This document shows positions 35,131-48,751 of a DNA stretch of 64,000 nt, in pieces. The stretch is from Amphiscolops sp. MND2022 (lineage: Eukaryota). Below the pieces are notes generated by a model that was given only the letters and a program-made list of their open reading frames with translations, was not told the origin of the DNA and did not search any database. The stretch lies in assembly GCA_964187785.1 (NCBI GenBank), contig OZ076409.1, forward strand, positions 10,108,001 through 10,172,000, written 5' to 3'. The stretch's first letter is position 1. Every line of letters begins with the position of its first letter. The translations under genes were made by a program, and so were the position numbers.

Positions 35131-37353
35131 GGACTGGACGACACATCAACCCTTCGGGGTGGATCAAAACATAGCCGTCATTGCTGACCAATACGCAGAA
35201 CAAAGCCATAAAGTGGTAACGTCCGACATTTCTGGAGATTCCTTCTTGGCAGAACAACTACCCGAGGTATCATTTGAGCTAGAACCAACCAGGTCAGTCC
35301 CTCTTCGTAGAATACAAACCCACACATGTACAGCTATGGAACAAGGGCTGCCTCGCAGGCGATTCAGACTTTTTGGATACCAGTCTGACTTGGAGTGTGA
35401 TCGAGAAATGACCGAACATCCAATCATGCAACCTGCACGCCAACGATTTTCCCAGAGTTAGACGACTTGGTACCCCTATTCTCAGACCATGAAGAGATTC
35501 TCCCTATGCCTCCGCACAGTCTAATACTTTTGCAATCAGGAACGCCCGCACAACTGCTCTCCAACCCAGCACTAACAGATACGCTGAGCAACTTCCCTTT
35601 AAGCAGCTCTCAAGCTGGAAACCGAACAGAACAACAATCAAGTATGGATGACGGACTCAATGAGGAAACGAACAGTTAGAATCAAGCAACAAATCAAGGA
35701 ATCGAACCACCTCAAATGCTAGACAGACCCTCCTTACAAAGAGGTCAACGAAGACGTTGTCCACTTGGCCGCAGAAAGGGCAGCACCACGTCTTCAGGCA
35801 GAAAACGAACGACATCCAGCAGAACCTCCACTCAGCCTCACAAAGGATCCAGAAGTCGAACCTAGACTACGGGACTCTGAAGATAGAGCCATGACACTCT
35901 CGGATATACCAGAGACGACCTCATTAAGCCAACAGGGTGCGGAATAAACCTCATCACAAGTACACCCTAGCCATTTAAGAGCCAAACGAGTCCCGCGATA
36001 TCGATGTGGAACCTGCCGTTTCCGGAATTGTATTTGCGTCAACCTAGTGGAGGAGAAAGAGCCTGACAAACGATGGGCCCGGGGAAGAGACCACCTTCTA
36101 CAACAGGCATGGGGCGCGACGCACCATCTCCAACGCAAAATCTTAGCATTACAAGTCAAACGATTTGAACCTCCTATGCTTCATCACAAAGTAATAACAA
36201 TAGAAAAGATGTATTCAAGCATTAAATCAGGACCGGTACAATCTCTAGGGACAACATTGAAAGCAATAAACAACACTTCTCTCGTTGTTTCAAAGAATGG
36301 ACTTCCCACGACAAGAGTGGACTCAAATTCACCTCAGCTGCAACCATTCCACAACTGCAACATTGATGGTGTTCGAACATATTCGACCTGTGGACGACAA
36401 ACTCCAAATAATACGATGCATAACTGCCACCAGAAGATATCTACAGGCCAACCAATGTCTGGTGGCTATTAGTCACCTCCATAGATGAAACTGAGCCTGT
36501 GGCCCCAGGAACCCTCTTGAAGTGGGTAGGAAACCTACACACGCTGGTCAACTCAGACGAAACCCTTTGCTTCGAACTAGCAGATAAATTTCGTGACTAA
36601 TTTTCAGCCAACATTGGCTGCAACCGATTGCAATCATCTGCCGGCAACCGAAACTCCGCATGCTAGACATACAAAAACGTATACGTTCGAAATACCCGTA
36701 ACAGTGCTCGAAGCACTCTCCGTTGTTCACGACTGGTCAACCACAAGCATGGGGACCCCCCCATGCGACGAACATTATGGCAAGATCGCCGAGCCATCTT
36801 CGAGTACATAAAACCGACCAAGGCTTCCGATGAGCGGTCACTGGAATGGTTAGTCACGCAGCCGAAAACCTGACCAAATTACTTTCAATGGACCTACTAG
36901 GACTATAACAACATACTACAACCACCCGCCAACGTAGTTTTCTGTTGTCCAGAGAACCTTGACTCGCAAGCAGCAAAAACGCCCTACGTCATTCGAGGAT
37001 ACGGTCAAGAAATGATTTTCAAACGACGGCCCGCGATATGTGAACCCTTGCATTTAGCTGGACCTCCAAACGCGGCATGGGATAACAACTTCGTCTTTTC
37101 ATTCACTAGAGCTTCTAATAAACTTCCGCTACTCCACGAAATTCTCCATCTGTGTCTAGGCGATCTGGCTAAAAAGGTCCCAAACGTTATCGTCAAGTCA
37201 TTACACTTTCCAATCCTTGACCCAGAAAGATCTGTTGATCAGCTGCATACCTGGTATTCCATGCTCGAAGAACATTCTTCCGATCCAAACGTCAAAATAG
37301 TACTCCCCGATCGAGCCTTTGTATCGGTTAGCGTAGATCACAACATTAAATAG
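35130..37353 (+). pseudogene. Post-integrase tail of element 1 with a Cys motif and macrodomain-like remnants
   Basis: PRYRCGTCRFRNCIC (~35990), VWWLLVT (~36460) and 36901-37353 (NVVFCCPENL...HFPILDPER...FVS) all match the tail at 62.5-63.9 kb. Confidence 0.75.
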
Positions 37354-37619
37354 TGAAGAGTAGTTGAGAGAAAAGTTCTACTATAGAAACTCGCAAGGCT
37401 TACGGTCTTCTATTAGTCCCTATTTTACCCTATTAGAGACTTGCTTTTTCATCCTAATCAAGTCAGCACATTTTATTCTACCAACTTGTTTCTGGTCTTG
37501 ACCAAGCATTGTTCAAGTATCTTTTTGAGCAATGTTTTTTCCCATGAATGTAACCTCTTTTCTGTTTCGTGCTGCTTCATTGCCCTTGTGTGGCACTCCG
37601 TCATTTACCCCCTTCTTTC

Positions 37620-40400
37620 CTAAACACCTTATCAAAGACATTACTACAAGTTGCTACCTGTTATCATGTACCAATCAGCCCGTCCTTGAATTCCTTCACC
37701 GCCTCCCACAAGTCAAAGGTCAGCACCACAAGCACTAAACAGCCAACAACAACTGCCGGAACATGGGCATCTGCCCACACCAGCACCTGATGAAGAGATA
37801 GACGGCACAGTGAACCAAATTGCCTTCGTAGAACGCACGCTGCGTAATGGCGCCACCGCAACGCTTGTAGCAGGGATAGCCATGTTAATTGCTCAGATGC
37901 AGGCGCAGGCTGATCTTCCTGATCACTAAGGTGGTACTCTCCACCACGAGCGGCATAGGCTCTCTCACTCGCACAGTTCGCTTTCCAGATGGAATTTGGC
38001 AAAGATATGACCTGACTCACAGTCTTGGAGATCCCCGCTCACTTGCAATCTTTGGTGAGCATACACTGCGCATGGGCCGAGAACCTACACGAGCTGAAGC
38101 GCCACCCATTCAGCCTACACCAATTCAGGGGTTACTGCCAACACCTCCACCCCAATCTCAACCCGACTTAACCTGTACTCAGCCAACAAGACCACCACTC
38201 ACACTTACACCACCTGCGCATGCTTCAAACGCCATAAACCTGTTGATGCAACCCAATCTCCTTTCAGATGATTACTTAGGCTGCAGAACTCACATCAACA
38301 TCGAGCGAAACAGAAGAACGCAAACCCAGGACCGTGACGTTCAAGGACTTCCACGATGTGCTGCTCCCAACTACATCGCAAGTTGAGGAACAAAGGAACG
38401 CACCACGACACCTGATAGGCTACCAACAAGATCTTCGACCACAGCAACAGCAACGACAACAACAACGCGCCGAAAGCAAGTCGTTGAGAGCACCAATTGA
38501 CTTAAGAGACATGTCTGTCGCACTGAAAAGAGCAAGAGATCCAATGGATGGGTGCGAACTCCTCCGTCAGAACACCAATTCCCCACCCATACAACAGCCG
38601 GAGTCTAGAAGAGGAAAATTCTCAGTATAGTCGCTATCACAAGCAGAAGAACAGCTAGACATTACGGCAAAGAACGCTGCGCGTCTGCAACAAGAAGGTC
38701 GAACCATGGACCAAGATTCGGATCCAAATGCAGGGAGATTTGACAGAGCTACCAGCAAGGGAGACCCAGAAAGAGGGCCACCGTAGGCGTGCATTACCTT
38801 CGTCCTGTCGAGAATCGTGTTCCTCCATGGTTCCTGAGACTGAGGACCGAACTACACCGAGACAAATCTCCATACGTGAACACCCTACCCTCTGAGGTTC
38901 GGTTGGACCGACAGCCAGCCCGAAGATACGATGAGAGGCTACTCAGAACGAAGGACTTCATGAGGGATCCCACTAGAACATTGCCAATGTTTAAGGAAAT
39001 TCTACAGAAAACGACAATTGCGTCTTTTGTCGACTCAACCACAGGCAACCACAAACATGAACAACACCAAGATGGGTGTTAGAGTCATGAATAGGCCGAT
39101 ATTCGGTTCAGTAATGGCCATGTAATATCTCTCACAAACCCTGAGGGTAGCACTCAACTCTCGCTCTTTCTCGGTACTGAACTTCGTTCAACAATCAAGA
39201 ACAAATACCAGTCTTTCCGTCTTTGGTGGGCGACTTTGCAAACCTACGGCACCCAATGGCCTACACGGTGATAAAGGACAAGACGCAAGCCGAGTATAAC
39301 CATATGAAGATCATCGAAGCCAGAGTGCGGTGCGCTCTCCTCATGTCATTGGAATTCCACCCGGTGATATGGTTGAACATTCCTTTGAACCCAGAAATTT
39401 CAGCAGCTGACTATTTTCCTGGATGGGATGCCACATTTATCCTTAGAGCATTGACGTCAATGATTAAAAGACTTGGAGGCCGAGAGCAAGGCCAAGAGCC
39501 CTGTGGGCTAAACTACCCGTTCGCATGTGATACATCCAGAATGTACTGTCTCTGATCAGAGCCTCAACACTGCTGCAGCAACCCTAGCCACCATCACTCA
39601 CTGGACTAGATCAGAACTAGTCGACCAGGCCTTACATCAGTACTACCAAAAGCTGGAAGGCGCAACACCACTAACTGCCTTCAAACCGAGAACTAAGACG
39701 TTGCCCATGAATGAAGAGGCGTCAAACAACCCAAAAGTAGCCTTACAGTTCTCCCTAAAATTGCTAAATAGGTAGAAGGAAAAGAGCGAACCACTGCTTA
39801 AGGACTTTGCTGATGCAATCCAAAGTTTCAAGCAATGGTTCATACATTACAATCAGCCTCATCTTGCCAACTATTTCCTAGACATACCACCAGAAGATCA
39901 GCATAACGAGGAACTAAAACTAGATGCGAAAGAAGTTGCTGCCTCTGGCAGTGCTTCCTCACAGGTTCCCGTATTGAACCAAGCTGGCCCTTCCCAGGTT
40001 CAGGCAGTTGAGGACATCCAAGCGACAGAGAAAGCCTCGTCTGTCAACATGACTCCTGACGATCAAACTATCTTGTCGGGCAGCACTACACCTCTGCTGA
40101 GCGAATCTGCTGTAGAAATAATGCCAACAAATATGGTAGCAAAAGAGTCAGAACTCAAGGAGCTGACAAACACGGAGCAGCTTCAAATCAATTGCAGAGA
40201 AGGTAGCAACCGATGTCCAATCGACCAGTGACCCGGAGAACCAATGAAGTGATTGAATTGACGGAGTTGAAAACTGATCCGAATCAAACCAACAAAATAA
40301 AGCTACTCTTAATTACCTCAATCTAAAAACCCAAGCGTATGAATTTGAAAAATCGGAAAACTCAAGAAGAAAAGCCTGAACAAGAGTAACGAACATTAAA
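37620..40400 (+). pseudogene. Decayed additional coding region downstream of pol, product unknown
   Basis: About 2.8 kb of abutting plus-strand ORF fragments (37889, 38334, 38789, 39223, 39527, 39974) with element-like composition, ending at a shift to AT-rich DNA. Confidence 0.5.
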
Positions 40401-41299
40401 ACAGAAAAAGGAACCTTTTTGTGAGAATCATAATGAAGGATTTGTTTGGATTTGCTGATCAAGGAATAATTACTATGAGTTAAGTTGTTCTCTCACCTTA
40501 ATAAGTTACACTAATAAAAATGCTATCATTCCATAGATCTATGCTGGAAAAATTAGAATAAAAATTTTGGTTGGAATACTCCATACTACACCCCATCCCT
40601 GGAAATTCAGCAAATTGCGATACATAGAACGAAGTGTTTTCAGAAGAGTTGTTAACACTAATAAAAATTGGACATTTGGTTAGGAAACCGTGTAGAATCG
40701 ACACCAACTTTCAGAATTGTTGATTTTCAATCTAGGAATAAAATTGAATAACAAACACATAACTATGCAACATTTGACAGACTTCTTTTTTCTAATGCGC
40801 ATTGTAACATAGTATCGGAAAAACATCCTGTTGATGCAATTGAGTGTAAATATGATAGAGATAAGTATCATCAAGCATATTGTGAAGTAGAAAACGTTTG
40901 TAAACTCCAAGTTTTAAACTCCTAAGTACATTTTATGTATTTGACCCATTCAAACGGTGTCTCATGCTCTTATTCTAACTTCAAAGTTAATAAGCCTGTG
41001 TAGTGATGGGCAAAGACACTTCGCTCTCTATGAATTAAAAAAGTGTTATGAAAACAAAAAAATGTATTATACTATTATTAAAAAAACAAATATTGAATTT
41101 AAAATGAAGTTGTTTTTATTATTTTTAATGTTATACACTTCTGTTTTTATTTTTAAAGTTGTGCTTGCTCATTTACCAGTTTTAAGAGTGCTTGATGGTT
41201 TTACTTTTCTTTCAAACAACATGCAGACAGAAAAGTTTCTTCATTTGATTTATTTTCAGTTATTTATTTCAATTAAACTGTTTTTCGACAGACCACAGA

Positions 41300-44200
41300 T
41301 GTTAAAATGGTCCAACTGTCTACGAGACGTTGTAGTGAAAAACACAAAAATCGCGTTTTTCCTCTCAACCGTTATCAAAGTCACCTGAGTGCAAGCCATT
41401 CATTGAAATCACGCACGCTCAGTTTCTACGGGCCCTGCCGGTGCTAGAGCGCGTCTATAGGCACTTTCGGATGTTTAGATTTTGTACGCAGTGCGTCTCA
41501 AAACAGAACAAAAAGCACACTCATGACTACCATTGTTGAAAAAAAAACACTTTTTCAGATCGTACAACGATCGTAAGTCAAAAATCACTCCAGACTCAGT
41601 GTCCCTCTTCCTACTCACCCCAAGGTCTACCCGCAGTCCTTGATCACCTTTACACTTTTACTTGTGCTCTCCAGAAACAGGGCAGCAAGAATGACCGAAA
41701 GACTTTTCAGACAGTCTAACTTCCGTAGCCAAACAGGTTTTTCAAAAATCAGTGTTCGTCTCTCTGTTGACCCCTAGGGTCTACCTGCGGTTCACACTAC
41801 TGCAATAGCGAGAACCATGTGATTGTGAAAACACCGGACACATGATTGTGTTTGTAGCGGGAACACGCAAGAAACCCTAGGATTCGTTTTTACAGGATTG
41901 TGGGACGTGTCCGGGTTTTGAGAGTGCCGGCACGTTGCCTCGGAGCTCTAACTAGAGGAGCCTCCTTAGACGCAAAAAAAGTCCCCTAGGAGACCATTTT
42001 GGGAACAAAAACTAGTGCCTAGGGTAGTAGTAAGACAACGGTCTCCAGTTTAAGCACACTAGGCATTGTCCCTCTTCCTAGACATGCGCCGCTAGCCGGA
42101 CGTTACATTTGGAATAGGTTTTATGGCGACCACAGAGGGATATTTTTCCATTTTCACGTCCCAGTAGGAGCAACTACTGCTTTCCGGCCCCGGAGGGTCC
42201 AGATCTAGGAAAACTTACGGGAGAGTCCTAGAAAGTTTTTATTGCTTTTTTGGAGCCTACTACGTTTTTTTAACGGAATTTCTGCGTTTCCTGCATGTTT
42301 CCGAGGTCTAGAGCCAGAAAAAGATAGTTTCAGACGATGAACCACTTTGCCTTAACTGTACTTGCGGAAAGAGCTATTCCGGCCTATCCGGAACGTGTTT
42401 TAACGGGTTTTTCAGCTCCCTTTCAGCTAATTGGCAATGCCCAAGGACTGAGAGGACGACCCGTGAAGGCCCCAACTAGCTGAGTGCAAGACGTCAGGTC
42501 CTTCACGTCGCAGCCTCCACCTCCCATTCAACTGCCGAATCTACGACGCCAGCTGGGTTTTTTCGTTCCCCTTGTTTTTAAAACCCCCAAAAAAATTCTC
42601 AGGCCTATTCCCACGTAAACTAATTGGAAAAAATATCCAGCCGGTGTTCGGACCGGTAGTTAAAAATTTTGAGCGCTAAAACCTGAAATTAACACCATTC
42701 ATAGCTCAAATTCCAAATTTTTCGATTTTGACAGTCAAAATTTTGTAGAACTGAGTACGACCAGTGGGAATACTACACGAACGTTCCAACAGACCCACTA
42801 AGTTGGGAACAAAACCTTTTGTTGGGATCCACACACCTCGCCGCCGTGTTTTTCTGTTACGTGGGCATTATTTACGCTCGCATTTAAAATTTCAGGTAAC
42901 TAGGACGCCTAAAAGGCGAGTTTGACTAACTTTTGTGAATTTCACGACATAGTCATTTTTTCAGTGAACATTCTTCAAGAACATTAACTTAAGTTAAGTG
43001 ACCAAAACACCCACAGAGTCAGTTTTGGCAAAATCGGAGGTTGATTCCCCACGATTCAGCTAATGTGGTAAACGGTGTGAAATTCTCAGGTCGCTAGCAG
43101 TGCTAGAACGGAATTTCACCTTTCCCGGAGGTGCCTGTTGACGAAAAACTTGTTGATTTTGCAATTTTGTGAGACAAATCGCACACTTTTTGTCAGTTTA
43201 GGTGCCAGTGAGGGCCCAAACGACCTCATGAACATACCAGGCACGCTCAGCACGTCCTGTCAAATTAAATTGTTTTCATTTGTGATAAACCGACCCTAAG
43301 ATCTTGGGTTTGAGAGAAAACGGTCTACGAGTCATAGAGGTGAAAAACTAAAAATCGAAATTCGCCTCCTGACTGCTATCAAAGTCACCTAAGTGCCAGT
43401 TATTCGTTGTGAACACGCTTGCTTGGTGCCCTGGGTACCCTGTGGGTGCTGGAGCGAGCCTGTTTTTGGCACTTTTACAGGTTCAGACTCTGAACGCAGT
43501 GCGTCTCAAAACAGAACAACAAGTACAGTAGTGACTACCATAGTTGAAAAAGAACGCTTTTTCAGATTGTACTACGATCCTAGTGCACGAAAGCACTTCA
43601 AACTCAGTGCCCTTCCTCTTACTCACCTCAAGACCTATTCTCAGTCCCTGATCACTTTTACGTCCTTACTCTTGCTCTCCAGAGACAGGGAAGCATGGGT
43701 GACAAACGGACTTTTCAGACAATCTAGCATCTGTAGCCAAACAGGCTTCTCAAAAAATCAATGTTTGTTGCTCGATTCATGCGTGAGGTGTACCTCGGTT
43801 CTCAGTACCACAGCAGTGTGAACCATGTCGATGTGAAAACACCGGACAAGAGATTGGCCCGGGAGTACCCGTACTCTCCCGAGAGAAATCAACACCAAGC
43901 ATGATGAAACTCCTAGAAATTCGAAGCTCTGAGAACTGCTTGGCCAAATGCCGTGCTTTTAAAATACCAAGGATTGTCCTGGAATTCGTTTTTAATGCCC
44001 AAGGTTGTTTTCATGATCTATCATGCCTGATTATTTGATTTTGATAGGATCTGCTCTATCATCGCTGTCGACATAATCATCCTCTTGAGAAGCAGTTGAT
44101 TTCCATATCTTACTTATACACTGGTGCTTATATACCTAGACGATACCTTCATCTGAGCGTACACTGCTAATACAATAGACTGAATGTGTCCTCACTTTTA

Positions 44201-45470
44201 GTGATATTTTGAATTTTTGAGCTCTCTTTTCCCATTGGTGCTATTTATTGTGCAGTTTCTGTTGGCCATGAACTACGACACTTTTGCAAGACCACAGCTG
44301 CTACTTTTATTTTTCATTTTTCAAGTGCTATTGTGCATTTTATAGAACCTCACCTATCAGGTGGGCCCTCGGCCAATGCCAAATCTGTTCTGATGAGTGC
44401 TTTTTATACTTCTACAGATGCGGTAACACAAAGTGCTAGTAATTTTGGTGCCAAATTAAAAGTTGGAAAACGTCTTGAATACAATGCTAAGTGTCTAAAG
44501 GTGCTAAAAGTATTCCAGTGCTAGGACCCAGTGGGTGTGGAATCCAAGGAAGCCTGCTAGGCTGGCAAAAACTCATGTTTTTAGGCAGTAACATGTTTTT
44601 GGGCAAATACTTCTATTTAGATTCCTGACGTACCATGTTGCAACAGTATCACTGGATGACTGGATGGTGGCAACCAAGACGTGAACGTCTGCTCTCGTTT
44701 GTCGAGGACGACAAACTACGGCCCGGGGAGGATGTAACGTCAGGCAAAAGACGTTGCAAAAGTTTTTGAAAATTTCGTTCAATATGTCAAAATATGCGAT
44801 ATCGAAAAATGCACAAAATCAAGATGGCCGACCTGACAGGTACTGGAAATTGAAAAAGAGGATAAATAAGAGTGCAAAAACGACACCCCACTCCCACCCA
44901 GGAACGTAAATGTCCGACATGGCATCACCCAGAAGGCGAGAGAATCAGGAATTGTGCCATCTGACAGCAAAAAGACAGGGTCTCGGCAGAAAAATGCCAA
45001 ATGAGACCATTGTGCCCCGGAGATGAGGAATGATGCCGTAGGCCAGACTGATGACCAACCCTGAACTGTAATGTTATTGGGGCTTATTTCCGTGTTTTGT
45101 CACCGTTTACAGAGTGTTTGGATGATGTTTGACATACTAGGTCTCCATTTTAGTCCTTATTTCCCAAATACAATGTATTTCAGTTAGAAACCTTTGGACC
45201 TCGGAAGTATGTAGGACTTGCGGGAACACGCTAGAAACCTCAGCATTCGTTTTTAGAGGCTTGTGTGGCGTGTCCGGACTTTGAGAGTGCCGGCACGTCG
45301 CCTCGGAGCTCTAACTAGAGGAGCCTCCTTAGACGCAAGAAAAGTCCCCCTAGGGGACCATTTTGGGAACAAAAACTAGTGCCTAAGGTTGTAGTAAGAC
45401 AACGGTCTCCTGTTTAATCACCCTAGGCATTGTCCCTCTTCCTAGATGTGCGCCGCTAGCCGGACGTTAC
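41300..45470. repeat. Mosaic of fragments related to the LTR/leader-like repeat at 1-4754
   Basis: 41865-42810 resembles 2250-3195; 42845-43385 resembles 1025-1520; 45010-45470 resembles 2045-2490; 41400-41840 resembles 43395-43848; 44640-44900 is inverted relative to ~1610-1860. Confidence 0.85.
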
Positions 45471-46588
45471 AAGTGTTGTTTTCGATACACCTGAAGTTAC
45501 CAAAATAGTTCTACCGAAAGTTCTACAAAATTATGTTGTACCTGTTGGACCAGGGAACTGAACCAAAATGGTTTCCCTTTTTTTCCCCGCGTATCATATA
45601 ATACCGGGCGAGACTAAAGGGCCCCTTTTCATTTTTTTTCGGCATTGTGCGACATTTTTTGGAAAAAAATCCCCAAAGGGTTCCCCCTTTTAACTTTTTT
45701 TTGGAATTTTGAGACAGAATAGATGAAAAATCCCACAGGGTCCCCCTTTCAATATTTCAGCGTCGTGAGACGTTTTTCAAAAAAAAATCGAATGCTGTAA
45801 AAGAAATTACTTTGACACTTTGAAGTCCTTTTGCTATATTTGAGCCTTAGATAGGGCGCTGACTTTGGCCGGCCTGTGCAATTCGAATCGTTAAACAAGC
45901 CATAGAAGCTAATCTTTTTTGCGTTGAAGGAAACAGTGACTGAAAAAAATCCACGTTCACGGCTTTTCTCGTGAATCATTCATGAAGTTTTTGAAATCCT
46001 GCGTATGTATAAAGTTCGAAACACATTGTTCTTAAATTATGAAATAGACAATAAAAGCAAGATCATGCATTGGTTGGAGAAATATGAAACCATGAAGCAG
46101 AACCTGATCTGTCTTTCGTAAAAGATTGAATTAATTATGTTGACTTCAAATTTATTGAGATCAGCTGTGTATTTAAAGAAAGTCTCTTCTTTCCATCCTT
46201 TTATTGTGTTTTGACGTTGCTTGGTTGCAGAAGTTTGTAATGATGGAAGTTTAAACTTTTCAGGTTTGAATCCCTAAAAGACTCTTGTTGAATTGGACAC
46301 CTGGTCGATTGTCACTGTGGAACACAATTCATCAATTCAATTCCTCAATACTTTATGCAAAATAACGGCTTATACAGTTGACGATGGTTAAATGTTCAGT
46401 TTGTTCTTTGTTTATATAGACAAAAGGTTTTTGTTTCTGTAACTGTCCAAATCTCCCCATTCGTTCGAGTACGATACTCGCCAGCAAAAACAAACTTCAC
46501 AATCAGTTCAATGAGACAATTTTCCTCTACTGTTACAATTGAAAAAATGTTCAACTAAATTCAGGCTGTTTTTTAGAAGACAAGAGTT

Positions 46589-47509
46589 ATGTTTGGGGTT
46601 ATCAGCGTTTATGTAACATTTACTCTTGGTGCAAAAACAGTGACAGGAGATCCCAATACATTTCGTTCCACGGCATTCGAAGACCCAATAAATGGGAAAC
46701 GTTTGGACGCAGGAAAAGTTATTGAAACACGACAAGAAGCATCGAGTACAAAATGTGCCCTCGCTTGTTCTAAAAAGGATGACTGCCTTTCTTTCGGTTT
46801 CTGCGGGGAGAACGCCTGCGAATTGTACAACGAAGACATTTTTTCAACGAAGTATGGAGAGAATATTCTAGAAGAAGATTTAAGCTGCAATTATTTTGGG
46901 ATGAAGAAGGACTCTAAGCCAATATGCCAGCAAGATGGTGTGTTTGCACACATTCAGAGTGACGATGGAAACAGTGAGTTTTGTCCAATAAGTGGGAAGC
47001 GAGTTGATACAGAGTGGGGCCAATGGGGAGGGGAAGAAACAGTATACGACCCTCCTGATTGGAAGTTAGTAAACAGGAGCGAGACTGTTATTGAAGCAGC
47101 CCATGAGGGACTTCTTGACTTGGGAGATTCTGAGCGAGTTTTAGAATGGATCAAGTTTGTCGATCAAGAGATGACATGGGAAGATGCAAAAGCAAATTGC
47201 GAAACTTTAGGTGGAACTTTGTTCTCCAGAGTAGATGGAACTGAAGAGCAATTAGATTTCTTGCTACAGAAAATGAATCGAAACGTACATTGGTTGGGGA
47301 TCTACACTGAGGATCATGAAGTCTGGAAATCAGTGGCGGATGATGTCATTGAACCCACATCTTTGTATTGGAAATCTGGGCAGCCAAACAATGTAGGAAA
47401 CCAACAAAAATACGTCGCTAACCACCCTGCGTGGGAAAAAGTTCCCTTCACTGGTTTAGCTGATGACGAAAACTCAAAAGTCAAGGGGTCAATTTGTGAC
47501 ATGTTGTGA
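46589..47509 (+). CDS. Putative secreted PAN/Apple + C-type lectin domain protein (306 aa, intronless)
   Basis: Short hydrophobic N-terminus; KCALAC....CLSFGFC....CELY (PAN); MTWEDAKANC...GGTL...WLGI...W.SGQPNN...SICD (CTLD); AATAAA at ~47572. Confidence 0.88.
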   Translation: MFGVISVYVTFTLGAKTVTGDPNTFRSTAFEDPINGKRLDAGKVIETRQEASSTKCALACSKKDDCLSFGFCGENACELYNEDIFSTKYGENILEEDLSCNYFGMKKDSKPICQQDGVFAHIQSDDGNSEFCPISGKRVDTEWGQWGGEETVYDPPDWKLVNRSETVIEAAHEGLLDLGDSERVLEWIKFVDQEMTWEDAKANCETLGGTLFSRVDGTEEQLDFLLQKMNRNVHWLGIYTEDHEVWKSVADDVIEPTSLYWKSGQPNNVGNQQKYVANHPAWEKVPFTGLADDENSKVKGSICDML

Positions 47510-48751
47510 TGCCTGCAGGAACTGGCCAAGGTTGAAAACTGTAAAAATTAGAAAAAAAACTGATCAATACTAATAAAAACAAATGCTCAGTTTCTCAATA
47601 TCTTCAGTACCCATTGTTTCGAAAGAAATTCATGTTTTGATTTCATTCTCGCTTTTACAATCACTCTTTTAATATCTTTCCGTAAACTATTAATTGGCAA
47701 CAAACGAACACTCGATCGTTTTCAGTCAACTTAGTTCCTAGGGAGTTAACCTCGTCAGTACACCGAGAAGTCGAAAAATTGACAAAAATTTGGCAAAATT
47801 TTTTCAAAGCTTCATTTCTCCACAAATAATAGCCGCAGCTCCAATCGGTTTTCTGAACCGGGCCTTTCAAATATCGGTTGAACTTCTATATGCGTTTTCA
47901 ATGGTGCCAAACTGTGTTATTAGAGTGGGACATTAACAGTTGCTCAGTTATTGGGTAAAAACGAATTTTCTGAAAAGTACTTTTTTAGAATTTTTCACTT
48001 TTTTCCAGTTACTTTTTGCCAGTGGCTCGGAAAAAATCTATATTGACACAAATAACAATTCACACCAGATATTCCAATAGATTGTCGGTGAGAAAGACAA
48101 TTTTTCGTTTTCCTCTATGCTTTTTGCGTGTCGTAATTTATTATTGATTGCGAAAAAAATCGCTATCCTCATTTGAGGACGAAATCACTGTTGAGTTTAA
48201 AGAAATAACAACGGACGATGTTAGGTTAAATTTAAAACAAATTATATATTTTCAGGACCTTTTATGTTGACTGAAGAAAACATTTGCCATTGTAAGAGTC
48301 TTGGATTTTACTAAGAAGCGCCGACCAGTAACACTAACCATGGAAAAACTACTTGATCGGACATTAAAAGTAAGCGAAAAGAAATGTCCAAAGAGTACAG
48401 GAGAAAAACATCACATGCTCTATTGGCCCAACTGAACTTGGTAAAGTTAAAATTTAACACACCTCTTCATTTTTCTGATTTTTTCTAAAACGAATGCTGC
48501 TGAAATATGAAATTTCCCCTTCACGTGATCCACTGGATTTTTTAAACTTGTGAACTGTCTGAAGACGAAACATTGAAATGTCTTCTGTCACATTTTCTTC
48601 AAAAATTTTTCATCAAAATTTTCAGGCTGCCATTTCAACTTTTTTTAATTTGGGTCCCAGTTTCGAGTTTCTCTCAACTCACCAGCATTCAGTTTCACTA
48701 GTATCAATTATTTCGGAGAGCAAAAGTTATGTCGAATATTTGGTTACATGA

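Larger units (their letters stand above)
5526..40400 (+). mobile_element. Decayed Ty3/gypsy LTR retrotransposon (element 1), interrupted by the Polinton; boundaries approximate
   Basis: Colinear remnants in the order gag-PR-RT-RH-IN, each alignable by eye to the element at 54.6-64 kb; many stops, frameshifts and deletions. Confidence 0.88.

Noticed and set aside
45600..45880. Short probable interspersed repeat (CGAGACTAAAGGGCCC...GAGCCTTAGATAGGGCGC)
   Set aside because: Looks repeat-like, but it occurs once in the window with no definable ends, so it cannot be supported or used to name the host
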